From IMG/VR virus record IMGVR_UViG_3300031867_000001, positions 160,001-224,000 of that record: 64,000 nucleotides of DNA. One strand, 5' to 3'. The notes under the pieces are model-generated. The model saw only the letters and a program-made list of their open reading frames with translations. It had not been told where the DNA came from and did not search any database. Both the position numbers and the translations under genes were made by a program. Position 1 is the stretch's first letter, and every line of letters starts with the position of its first letter. The stretch is from a virus (taxonomy: Duplodnaviria; Caudoviricetes). Positions 49,800-59,778 of the stretch are shown piece after piece.

Positions 49800-50040
49800 T
49801 GGCTAAGTAGACGGGGCGAAAGCCCCGTCAACAAAGCCACAAAAGAATTGGAGGTATATAGAAAGGAATATAGTTATAAGAGCCATCCGGATCGGTCATG
49901 TCATCAGCTGCACGAATTTTGACATGACACTGTACCGGAGATGAAATGCGAAGAGTCATCCCGCCCAATAAATAACTCTTCTCATATTAAGAATGTCTCT
50001 GTCTTAATATGAACGCGACCCAGATGGATTACATCTAAGT
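49800..50040 (-). ncRNA. candidate structured ncRNA / long structured 3' UTR
   Basis: Four or five consecutive hairpins, a CU-rich tract and a GACGGGGC-TTTC-GCCCCGTC terminal hairpin; no ORF. Confidence 0.4.
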
Positions 50041-50049
50041 ACACGTATG

Positions 50050-51498
50050 TCAACAATAAATATTCGGTAACTTTTTATACTTACTATGAACTCCAGGAAA
50101 AAATTTCAAGATATTCCTACGTTTCATGCCCCACTTCTCAAATGCTCGAGCATATTTCACATGATCACATATGTCAAAGTAGTAACATGTAAAACCACGA
50201 TTACGCAATCTACCAACGATCTGTTCAAAGATAATTGGTGAAGACTTTTGATCAAAGTTTACAACCGCACCAAGGTTTGAAATATCAACACCCGTTCCAC
50301 AGCTCATGGTTGTAGATAATATGATGTCACATTCAAATGCCTTTTGTCGTTCTGCAATAGGCATTGAACCATCTACATGTGCAATTGAGAATTCTTTGAA
50401 ATATTCTTGTTTATGCATTTCTTCTTCAACAAGTCTGATTGCATCCAACAAAGGTAGAAGCAATAATACTTTACCTTGTTCTTTTGTCTTTTGTGCAATC
50501 TTTACCAAATGAATGACATTTGCAATGAATGGTCTTCCACCACGATAATCCATTAACATTCGATAGTATGTTGCAGATATCAAACCTTTCTTACCATACT
50601 TAAAATGTTCTTCACATATAGCCCGAGATGCATTGTAATAGATATCCTGTAAGTATGGAACGATGTACTCATCTTGATATTCTTCATACTTCTTTGAACC
50701 AACGAATCGTTCTGCATCTGATAAAGCTCTATTCAGAACCCGATCTTCAGAATCATCAGATCTACCAAGTGTTGCTGACAAGTAGTAATTGCGTTTGATA
50801 TTACATATCGCATCAAACTTTAATAATCCTTTTAAATGAAGATGTGCTTCATCAACGATACGAATACCAAAGTTTGCTTTATCAATAACATCCATTAAGC
50901 CTTTCCAATCATCACGTAATTCATTTTCAATAGAAGAAATCGTGACAATACATACTTTCTTGGAAGGTGCATCATAGATGCGTTTTGCAATATCATCTTC
51001 ATCAATACCGAGATCTGTGAAGTTTTCGATCCATTGATTCTTTAGATTTGCAGTCGGTGCAATGATCAGAGGTTTTTTACCAATCAAAGAGATTGTATAC
51101 AATGCCATGAAGGTTTTGCCGACTCCAGGCTTAACTTCAATGGTTAGTTTTGGTGATTTACATTTCACCATTCTATCAATACAATCTCTTTGCAATTGAG
51201 AACGAGGTTCTCTGTTCATTTTAATCGTAATATCCGCACCTTCTCGTGATGGAATGTTTTTGATAAATGATTTTAATGGAACAACGTTCTGGTCTTTCAT
51301 GGTTAAGAATCCAGATGTAATGTATAATACATCATGTTCTTTACCGAAGATTGGTTTTTTATCTGGATCAGCACCCGAATAAATGAAGTATTCTCGTAAC
51401 GGATCTTTCAAGGAGAAATATCGTAATGCGGCTCGTTTTATTTCTGGAGATGGATGATGTATAATAACACCTGTTGATGTTTTCTCAACCTGCTGCAT
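50050..51498 (-). CDS. superfamily 2 DEAH helicase (UvsW-like), second paralogue
   Basis: PGVGKT, IVDEAH, LSAT, GTGVDI, QIVGRLR. Confidence 0.88.
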   Translation of the reverse strand: MQQVEKTSTGVIIHHPSPEIKRAALRYFSLKDPLREYFIYSGADPDKKPIFGKEHDVLYITSGFLTMKDQNVVPLKSFIKNIPSREGADITIKMNREPRSQLQRDCIDRMVKCKSPKLTIEVKPGVGKTFMALYTISLIGKKPLIIAPTANLKNQWIENFTDLGIDEDDIAKRIYDAPSKKVCIVTISSIENELRDDWKGLMDVIDKANFGIRIVDEAHLHLKGLLKFDAICNIKRNYYLSATLGRSDDSEDRVLNRALSDAERFVGSKKYEEYQDEYIVPYLQDIYYNASRAICEEHFKYGKKGLISATYYRMLMDYRGGRPFIANVIHLVKIAQKTKEQGKVLLLLPLLDAIRLVEEEMHKQEYFKEFSIAHVDGSMPIAERQKAFECDIILSTTMSCGTGVDISNLGAVVNFDQKSSPIIFEQIVGRLRNRGFTCYYFDICDHVKYARAFEKWGMKRRNILKFFPGVHSKYKKLPNIYC

Positions 51499-51499
51499 A

Positions 51500-53911
51500 T
51501 TACATTACACCACCCATCATATCATTATCATTTCCTTCCGGTGCATCATTTAATGCATTATGATTTGCATTCGCATTATCATTTAATTTAACACGATTTG
51601 CTTCATCACGTGCTTCATTTACCAAACGATCGAACAACTCAACATCAATCTCTGGCATATATTCTTGAAGAATCTTCTTCTTAAACATACGAGCAACTTC
51701 TGATGTATCATTCTCTGCATCTTTATTGTCTTTACGTTCTTTATCGCTCAACCAAATTGGAATGATAAATTCCATGAAAGCTTGCATATTCTGAATCTTT
51801 TCAGTTGTAACGTTCAAGAACTTAGCAGATGGCATTCTGAAAGAGAACTCTAACGTCTTGATGACTTCTGGATCAATGTCGGTTTCCCATCTCATGATAC
51901 GACGATAGAAATCTGTTAAGTATGGATTTAATTCCAACTTCTGTCCACTGACGAAAGAAACGAATTTGGTATTAGACAATTCTGCTTCTTTTGCAAAGTC
52001 AATTTCAGATACTCCACCATTTGTCAACAGCAATGCAGGAACAGGTGTACAGTTAACAGCTTCCGTCTTCATCTGATCCATCAAATCGGTATTGATTGGT
52101 GTTTGAGCCGCTTCAACTGTTTCTACAGAGATTGGTGGTGTGTCACCAGCGCCAAGTGGCATAATCAATTCAGAACCACCACTGACTTTTGTCATAGATG
52201 TTCTGTAATTAAAAATGTCATTTGCTGTGATACGTCTTGCAGCAAACTTACGCATTGTATCTTGTACGAATTGTTTGTAATTCGTATCAATACCACTCAT
52301 TCGCAAATTATACATACGAACTTGAGAATTGTTGATCTGATACAAGATGGAATACAGCTTCAAGAACATGTACATTCTGGCGGTGATCAATCCAGGTTCC
52401 AACATAGAATGACCATGTCCTAAACCATCTTCATTGACAATGAATGGACAAACATGTTCTGCTGGAATAAAGATAAACCGCATCATTGCTTCATTGAATT
52501 TATGCGTCTGCAATATTGCAACGATTTGTGCATGCAATGCAGTATTATCGCGCATGAATTTCAAATCAAAGTTATTGATGATTTTAGTAGCCAACTTTTC
52601 ACAGAACATTTGGTCTGGAGAAAATGTATCATATCCAATGGATGGAGTTCTTAATGTATAACCACTCAATCCAGAATTACGTCTTTCACCACTCTTCTCT
52701 GGACGGGTCTGATCTGCGATATAATAGTAACCAATGATGGTTCGATCAATACGCAATGGAATCAATTTTGTTGCCGGTAAGATTCTGATATAACAACCTT
52801 TGACTTGACCGAACTCTTTTTCAAATTCACTCGTATTATCGGTAGCATCATTGATCACCGCTTCGAATATGGCTTTTGTATTCTTAACATATTCCGGATG
52901 GGACTGATTGTATTTGGTATCATAAGCCAAACGTAAATCATGTGGTGAATCTTCAATAACAGGAAGTGCGATATCTTCATTGATGTAAGAAATGTTATCA
53001 CCAATTTCACGCATAAAGGATTCAACTTGTTGATCATATTCCTTGATCATTTTCTTCTCTTGTAGATTGAATTCTTGATTCTCGGACATTGGCTTTGCAT
53101 GATACATCGGAACAACATCCATGATTTCTGGTTCTGAAATCCAAGCACCTTCCATGATGTTTGTTTGTTTATTCTCGTTATTATAAACAGAATGACTTTC
53201 TTGGATCACAGTCGCTTTATTCAAAGATATTTCAACTGATTCACCATATCCATATCCATTCATCCGAGAAGACGTTTCAAACATATTCGCAACAGTTTCA
53301 GAATTACGTTTGTCTTTCTTGTTTAATTTGTATTTATACAAGTCAGAAAAGACTTTGGCATATGGAACGGTATACACATAAGATTCACCATACAACTCTG
53401 TGTTGAATACAACATGATTCTTGATAATATGATGAAGCTTTAATCGATCTTCAACATCTTCAACCTTTTCCAACAAAGTATCCTTTTCCGTATCAGATAA
53501 GTCGGAATGATCGAATTTAATCGTTCGAGATAATTTACCATTTACCGTATCTGCTTCACATATTGCATCGCGTGTCACTTGTAATGCCGTATACCATTCT
53601 GGAATCTGAGATACAATCAAATCCAAGTCTTGACGTAATGCAATATCAGCAATTGTATTAACGGGCAAGAATGCAGCATCTTGTAATTCATTTGGTAAAT
53701 CACTGATACTAACTTCTTCACCTTTATTATTCGCAAACTTTAATTTTGCAATCTTCTCAACAAATGACAGATCTGTACTTAAGTTATACTTCTTTAAGAT
53801 TCCTTCAATTGTTGCAACGATTTCATCTTTCTTGACTGGTTTACCTTCACTATCACCAAGAACATCAGTGAGTAACCCATTCAGAATATCTTCATTAATT
53901 TTATCCGCCAA
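51500..53911 (-). CDS. portal protein
   Basis: 803 aa; LYGESYVYTVPY, IGYYY, FIPAEHV, GHSMLEP..RMY, TPVP..EIDFAK as in jumbo-phage portals. Confidence 0.75.
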   Translation of the reverse strand: MADKINEDILNGLLTDVLGDSEGKPVKKDEIVATIEGILKKYNLSTDLSFVEKIAKLKFANNKGEEVSISDLPNELQDAAFLPVNTIADIALRQDLDLIVSQIPEWYTALQVTRDAICEADTVNGKLSRTIKFDHSDLSDTEKDTLLEKVEDVEDRLKLHHIIKNHVVFNTELYGESYVYTVPYAKVFSDLYKYKLNKKDKRNSETVANMFETSSRMNGYGYGESVEISLNKATVIQESHSVYNNENKQTNIMEGAWISEPEIMDVVPMYHAKPMSENQEFNLQEKKMIKEYDQQVESFMREIGDNISYINEDIALPVIEDSPHDLRLAYDTKYNQSHPEYVKNTKAIFEAVINDATDNTSEFEKEFGQVKGCYIRILPATKLIPLRIDRTIIGYYYIADQTRPEKSGERRNSGLSGYTLRTPSIGYDTFSPDQMFCEKLATKIINNFDLKFMRDNTALHAQIVAILQTHKFNEAMMRFIFIPAEHVCPFIVNEDGLGHGHSMLEPGLITARMYMFLKLYSILYQINNSQVRMYNLRMSGIDTNYKQFVQDTMRKFAARRITANDIFNYRTSMTKVSGGSELIMPLGAGDTPPISVETVEAAQTPINTDLMDQMKTEAVNCTPVPALLLTNGGVSEIDFAKEAELSNTKFVSFVSGQKLELNPYLTDFYRRIMRWETDIDPEVIKTLEFSFRMPSAKFLNVTTEKIQNMQAFMEFIIPIWLSDKERKDNKDAENDTSEVARMFKKKILQEYMPEIDVELFDRLVNEARDEANRVKLNDNANANHNALNDAPEGNDNDMMGGVM

Positions 53912-53932
53912 TGTGAAGACCTCCTTTCTGTA

Positions 53933-55864
53933 TTAACGAATAACTGTCGCCATCATATCACTGCGATATTGTGTTACTTTAGAACCACTCGCAATTTTTA
54001 ATGCAGCTTCTTTACGTGCTCTTTCGTCTTTAGTCAAACCATTGAAATCAACACTCCGATCATTCGATGCAATATTCGTATCGTCCGACAAATTTGAACC
54101 CTCTTGTTGATTGGATGCAATATACTTATTATTTGCATCTGCATAAGAGGTTGGACGATGTGTTGATGCAATATCACTCTCAATGTTATTATTCATCTCA
54201 TGATACTTTCTATTCTTAGTACCGCCATGATTCATAACCATTGGTTTGAAATACAATACGGGACGGAATTGATTTGGAGCTGAATTATCAACTCTGGATC
54301 GATCATTTGTCATAATGATATATGGAGCACCGGTAAACATACCAGCAGCTCCCATATATGTTTTAGATGGTCTGGTAGTATCATCAGATGGAAGATCTTC
54401 ATAATACATCCATGGTTGAGAGGAATATACGTTTGTACGTAATGTACCATTTGCATTGACAACACCCGAGTTGTAATTGAATTCAACAAATGTTTTTTCA
54501 TTCATTTCCATTTTACGTTGATAACGGAATGTCGCATTCACAATCATCTCTTGCGTCAATGGACTGTTGTTGGTATTTGACAATCCAGATGGTGTTGCTT
54601 GGATTGGATAAATACCATAATACTTACACCAGTACAATATTTTCGTACCAGATTCATTTGTCACAATATCAAACAATGAAGCACAATAATCCAATGCACG
54701 ATCATATGGATGTAATTTAACCAACCAATCTTCATGGTCACTACCATTGGTTATTTTAATATCATCTTTACCATTTCCCAATGCATAAGAATTGTGATAA
54801 TGATATCCATTATATGAAGGCGCCAGAATTCCTTTATATGTTTTATATTGATATTCCATCCATAGACGTAAACAATTGTAAACGTCCAATGTTTTGGTTT
54901 CTCGGAATTGGATGTCCAATGTTGAACCAACGTTTGATGTCATCAACCGAGCTGGATTTACAGAATAACCATCGATTGATTTTTGAACGGTTTCATCAAC
55001 ACTCATTTGTGTTGATGTCGCATTTAAACCCAATGCTGCATTTGATAATAAGTAATTGAAATTATCATCCGATCCTGTGACATAACATGGAGAGAGTATT
55101 CTCAAGATATATGGGAATTGATGATAAGCCGTTAAGAACTCTTCATCATACATGCATTGTTCACTCAGACACAATGTTCCATTATCACTATTCGCCATAA
55201 TATAACATTCTGGACGAGTAATGAAGATATGACGAAATCCCTTTCTCCAAGTTGCATCAGCTACTGGAATTTTTGTTCGATTGTAATAATAGAACATCGT
55301 GGATTGTGCCAAGTCTGGATCAGTGCGATAGAATGGATATAATGGTGAAATACGTGGCATCTCACCATTGTTCAATTTTACTTCATGATCATACAATCCA
55401 TTTTCGACGATATCTTTCGTAATGACGTCATTATATGGATTGACATTTGTTGTCGATCCAGTAAAGCTTGGACCAATCGAATCTGGATCGCCTAAACCAC
55501 GTGCATGAGTTGGTCTACCTTGTGAATCATCATAACGCTCTTGAGCATGTGGTTCTTGTTCAAATACGGGCATGTTTGGATCACGTGTAAAGTGGGCATC
55601 CTTTTCAACAAGAAACGTATCCGCAGTTGTTGAATCTGGATTCATGATACTTGGCACGTGATGATTCCAGTGATCATCTGTTGTAATTACAACACCTTGT
55701 TCGTCCATTACGGATGGACGATACAATGGTTTTCCTTTAGGGTAACCAGTTGTGTATGATAACTTTTTCTCTGGGACATTATCCGCAATTCCAGAAGCAC
55801 CACTTCGTGTTTCAGTAACACCCGTTCCAGTTGGATAATTTTGATAAGTTGGCATATGTGTCAC
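53933..55864 (-). CDS. virion structural protein (tail-tube/baseplate-like domain)
   Basis: HIFITRPE, IQFRET..LWMEY..G, ILYWCKYYGIYP, VNATFRY. Confidence 0.6.
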   Translation of the reverse strand: MTHMPTYQNYPTGTGVTETRSGASGIADNVPEKKLSYTTGYPKGKPLYRPSVMDEQGVVITTDDHWNHHVPSIMNPDSTTADTFLVEKDAHFTRDPNMPVFEQEPHAQERYDDSQGRPTHARGLGDPDSIGPSFTGSTTNVNPYNDVITKDIVENGLYDHEVKLNNGEMPRISPLYPFYRTDPDLAQSTMFYYYNRTKIPVADATWRKGFRHIFITRPECYIMANSDNGTLCLSEQCMYDEEFLTAYHQFPYILRILSPCYVTGSDDNFNYLLSNAALGLNATSTQMSVDETVQKSIDGYSVNPARLMTSNVGSTLDIQFRETKTLDVYNCLRLWMEYQYKTYKGILAPSYNGYHYHNSYALGNGKDDIKITNGSDHEDWLVKLHPYDRALDYCASLFDIVTNESGTKILYWCKYYGIYPIQATPSGLSNTNNSPLTQEMIVNATFRYQRKMEMNEKTFVEFNYNSGVVNANGTLRTNVYSSQPWMYYEDLPSDDTTRPSKTYMGAAGMFTGAPYIIMTNDRSRVDNSAPNQFRPVLYFKPMVMNHGGTKNRKYHEMNNNIESDIASTHRPTSYADANNKYIASNQQEGSNLSDDTNIASNDRSVDFNGLTKDERARKEAALKIASGSKVTQYRSDMMATVIR

Positions 55865-55879
55865 CTACCTTGTTTACCA

Positions 55880-56815
55880 TTAAACCATGCTGGTGATAAT
55901 ATTTAAAATCTTTTTACATGGAATGGATATCAGTTTATTCAAACCAAAGTTTGTGAGTTTTGTTTTGTATGCAGCCGAGGTGATTAACATCATTAAGTAC
56001 TGTGGATTCTCCAATGCAAATACCAAGTAAACACCACAAGAAGCATTAAAGTAATTCATGTACATAGAATCCAAGTTCTTGTAACGAACTGGATTGATGT
56101 TAGAAATCAACTGCAACAAATCCATGAAGTTACAACCTTCCATCTCTTTGACTTGATCAACGATTTGCTTTACCATGGAAGGTTCAACCTTCTGATTCAA
56201 CATCCGCTTTACATTAATCTTTTCAGCAGACATATTCTCGCCGTCAATCATCTTATAGAAGAATGCGATGGAATATAGCATTGCTTTCACCAAGTTATCA
56301 CCCTTCATATACAACCGCTGTTCCAAAGGTGTATTGACCATGTATTGATAAGCCGTGCATAATGCAAGCATCAAATCACGATTGTTTGTAAAACGATTTG
56401 GAGTTCTATACATACACAATGCAATGTATCCAGCTTCCAATCCAGCCATTAAATTGATAATTTCAGATTGGTTCGTCAATTTTGACATGAGTGTGTTTCC
56501 GAATACATAACACTTTGGTGTTTCTTTACCAGCAATGATGTAAGGCAATACTGGCGGAATCTTAGAGGCTGGATTAAATGTAACAACAATGTCACCTTTG
56601 TCCCATGCAGCAATTGCTTTCTTTAAGATTGCATCACCATTCAAACGCATGAATGATACAACGTCTTGAATGTCAGTTGAACGAATCATGAAATCATTGA
56701 TGTGTGCAAATTCGGCTTTAACAGCTTCTGTAATACCGGAAGCTTTATTGTATTTATCATACAACGAAGTTTGTGACAGCTTTGGAAGAGCTGCTTCTAT
56801 AAAAAATTGAATCAT
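55880..56815 (-). CDS. probable virion structural protein
   Basis: AAAGGAG RBS; heads the operon containing the portal gene. Confidence 0.6.
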   Translation of the reverse strand: MIQFFIEAALPKLSQTSLYDKYNKASGITEAVKAEFAHINDFMIRSTDIQDVVSFMRLNGDAILKKAIAAWDKGDIVVTFNPASKIPPVLPYIIAGKETPKCYVFGNTLMSKLTNQSEIINLMAGLEAGYIALCMYRTPNRFTNNRDLMLALCTAYQYMVNTPLEQRLYMKGDNLVKAMLYSIAFFYKMIDGENMSAEKINVKRMLNQKVEPSMVKQIVDQVKEMEGCNFMDLLQLISNINPVRYKNLDSMYMNYFNASCGVYLVFALENPQYLMMLITSAAYKTKLTNFGLNKLISIPCKKILNIITSMV

Positions 56816-56860
56816 ACTTAAAACTCCTTTACAATGTATTTTGCCCATAGAGACAAATTG

Positions 56861-56873
56861 TTATCATCTGGTC
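56861..56873 (-). promoter_or_regulatory. candidate late promoter GACC-N6-TAA
   Basis: GACCAGATGATAA on the minus strand upstream of the virion/portal operon. Confidence 0.35.
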
Positions 56874-56920
56874 TCGGGGTGTATTTTTGTTAAGGGATTC
56901 TTATGAAAGGAATTATTCAT

Positions 56921-58165
56921 ATGGCAAATAATCAATATTCAGTATTATATGACATTAGTTTGATCTTTAATGTCCATAATAAAACATATACAGTTGATAC
57001 AAGTAACATCACTTCCGTCTCCATGTTACATAATTATGATACATTAACATTTCCGATATGTCGATTCAAATTGGAGTGTGACCTGTCATTGATTCAAGAC
57101 TTATTGGATTATCCAAATGAAATTGAGATTGTATGTTCATTGGATGCAAACGTATACCAGATGTTTGACAATTCATCAGAGTTGAACGTTGTTAGTGGCG
57201 CAAAGAATATGTCATTATGTTTGAAAGGATATATTGAAAACAAGAACATTCCGACAAATGTAATGGATCAATATGACAATGGAATCAAACGTGAAACAGA
57301 TCTGAATGTATCACGTAAAGTACCAATTGACATATATGGATATCATCAGAATTTCATATATGGATTAAAACGTTTATCCGAATCCGTATATCATAACATC
57401 ACCATTCAAGATATTATCGAAGACGCATTAACCCGTCAATCCATACAAGATTTCAAAATACAAGTCATTGAACAACAAACCAAGTTTGATCAAGTATTAA
57501 TCCCCAACTTAGACATCATTCAGATGTTAGCATATTTCGATCAATACTATGGAATGTATTCGACAGGTGCACAAGTGTATGGTGATTTGGATAATGTCTT
57601 ATACATTACTTCAACAGATACATCACATGTGAACAATTCCATCTTAGGAATCCGAGTTGCTGATTACAAATCCGATTCCGATATGGGTGGATTACAAAAA
57701 AATGCAGATGATACTTACACAATGAATGTATTATCAGCAAACGTTTCCGTATTAACAGAAACAGATATTGAAAGAATCTTGAACTCTGATGCTGTGAATG
57801 CAGTGAATGTAAATACAGAAGATGTACAATCTGCATCATTGAAAGAGCTGTATCCATCCACAACACTCATTAGTGGTAAAGAAGGAACTCCGAATATTTT
57901 ACATAAACATACAAATCCATTTGTCGCAACAATGAATGCAGCTCGTGTGAAAGAAAAAATAACACAAGTAGATTTGTCATGTAATGGTATGGATATTGGA
58001 AGTTTACATATTGACACACGCATCAATTTAATGTTTGACAATGCATTACGTGGAACAGATATGTCCGGAATATATCGGATGTGTTATGCAAATCATGTAT
58101 TAACACCATTGACAGGACAACTGTTCACTTCCACATCCACCTTCAGATTATGTAAAAATAATTAA
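56921..58165 (+). CDS. baseplate hub-like virion protein
   Basis: HNYDTLTFP, QVLIPNL..YFDQYYGMY, C-terminal GIYRM; AAAGGA RBS. Confidence 0.55.
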   Translation: MANNQYSVLYDISLIFNVHNKTYTVDTSNITSVSMLHNYDTLTFPICRFKLECDLSLIQDLLDYPNEIEIVCSLDANVYQMFDNSSELNVVSGAKNMSLCLKGYIENKNIPTNVMDQYDNGIKRETDLNVSRKVPIDIYGYHQNFIYGLKRLSESVYHNITIQDIIEDALTRQSIQDFKIQVIEQQTKFDQVLIPNLDIIQMLAYFDQYYGMYSTGAQVYGDLDNVLYITSTDTSHVNNSILGIRVADYKSDSDMGGLQKNADDTYTMNVLSANVSVLTETDIERILNSDAVNAVNVNTEDVQSASLKELYPSTTLISGKEGTPNILHKHTNPFVATMNAARVKEKITQVDLSCNGMDIGSLHIDTRINLMFDNALRGTDMSGIYRMCYANHVLTPLTGQLFTSTSTFRLCKNN

Positions 58166-58206
58166 AATGGATTGCGGGGGAGAACCCCCGCAATTCCACT
58201 CATTCA

Positions 58207-58710
58207 TTACATTCTTGTCAGCGGATCACTCTGGTATTCCCAACCAACTCTGTCAACCTTGTTGATGCGTGCTTCATCATTCTTAACGAACTCATTCAGC
58301 TCCTTCATGAGCTGAGCAGCTTCCGGAAGCAGATTCTTGAGAATAATGAGATGTTCTACGGGAGTCTTACGAAGACCTCTGCCCATACCAAACATCAACA
58401 GCTGATTGATGATCGGAACTGCATCAGAAATCTTTCTTACTGCATCATCATCGAACTTGGATCCGATCTCTCTGCCACAGCACTTGCAGACGATCTTGCC
58501 GTCTTCATTTCTGTTTGCAGCAAGAACATATCCGCCATCTTCATACATGATATGAACACAGCTTCTCTTCTGAATCTTTGTGTCCTCTGTCTCAGTGACA
58601 CGATTATACATCTTCTTCTGCTGATCCTGAGTGAGATAGATTTTCGTCATATTATAAATAATAGGCGCAATCATCTGCTCGATATCAGGATGAATCTTAT
58701 TATTTGCCAT
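58207..58710 (-). CDS. hypothetical zinc-ribbon protein
   Basis: SCVH..VCKCCG; AAGGAGG RBS; terminator at 58171-58194. Confidence 0.7.
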   Translation of the reverse strand: MANNKIHPDIEQMIAPIIYNMTKIYLTQDQQKKMYNRVTETEDTKIQKRSCVHIMYEDGGYVLAANRNEDGKIVCKCCGREIGSKFDDDAVRKISDAVPIINQLLMFGMGRGLRKTPVEHLIILKNLLPEAAQLMKELNEFVKNDEARINKVDRVGWEYQSDPLTRM

Positions 58711-58728
58711 ACTAAACAACCTCCTTCG

Positions 58729-59691
58729 TTAATTGATCTTCAAACTGATGGCAACCTGCTTCAGGTTTGGATACTGTGTACCACAATCCTTCGGCTGAAT
58801 GAGACACGTCTTCACATAATCTCCAGGGTTGGTAGAACCATATGCGGCAACCAGCAACTGGAGACACAGGGACGGATCAAGACTATTCAGTCTCGAATAA
58901 ATCCACTTTGTCAGACTCTCAAGGAACTTAGCCTGGTTTACACTGAGCTTCACCCATTCAGATTTCTGAAGCTGGAGAATACCAGCATAGATCTTCGGGA
59001 TCTGATCATTTGTAAACAGAGGACAATTAAGAATCTCGGCAGTGATCGGAAGATCGGACTCCATGAGTGCATATGCAACATGCTCATTACCTGCCGCAAT
59101 AATAGCAGCAAGTGCAAGAACCTGGACATCATCCATCTTAACAAACTTAGACTGGATGTGTGCACAATACGGTTTCAGGAGATATTTACCAAGTGCCAAT
59201 AACATTCCCACGATCTCCGGATCAACGTGGGACTTCATAGGCGCGGGCTCCTTATCGTCCTTCTTCTTATTTGCCTTTGCTTTTTCTGCATCAAGTTCAT
59301 CCAGTTTGAGCATCTCTTCCTGATATTCACGAATAGCTTCACAAACGAAAGAACCGACCAACGCATTGGAATACATGTTCTTCTCATGTTCCATCTGCTT
59401 CTGCAGAATTGCGAGGAATGCAGAATCTCGCATGTGTCTTGACAATGCATACTTAAATGCATTTGCGGCATCATCATTCTCTGGCGCGGAATTGATATAG
59501 CCAATAATTCTGCTTGCTCTCTGAGCGATATCGGAATAGAAGAAATCTCTGCAATCCGAATAGCTCTGCAGATAAATATCTGGGCGAAGCTTATCAGCAA
59601 CAATTCCACGATCACGCATGTACTTTTCGAGTGGCTCAAGTACAATCGTATCCGAGTTGATGATACTTGTGTAAATCGGGGTGTTGTCCAT
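58729..59691 (-). CDS. hypothetical alpha-helical protein
   Basis: Start MDNTP after AAGGAGG; strongly biased codons. Confidence 0.75.
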   Translation of the reverse strand: MDNTPIYTSIINSDTIVLEPLEKYMRDRGIVADKLRPDIYLQSYSDCRDFFYSDIAQRASRIIGYINSAPENDDAANAFKYALSRHMRDSAFLAILQKQMEHEKNMYSNALVGSFVCEAIREYQEEMLKLDELDAEKAKANKKKDDKEPAPMKSHVDPEIVGMLLALGKYLLKPYCAHIQSKFVKMDDVQVLALAAIIAAGNEHVAYALMESDLPITAEILNCPLFTNDQIPKIYAGILQLQKSEWVKLSVNQAKFLESLTKWIYSRLNSLDPSLCLQLLVAAYGSTNPGDYVKTCLIQPKDCGTQYPNLKQVAISLKIN

Positions 59692-59778
59692 AGTTGGGAC
59701 CTCCTTCTTGTTAATTTTGTATCTATGAGTGGTTAGATACACAAGAATTATATGTATATCTTACCAAACATTTTTTCA

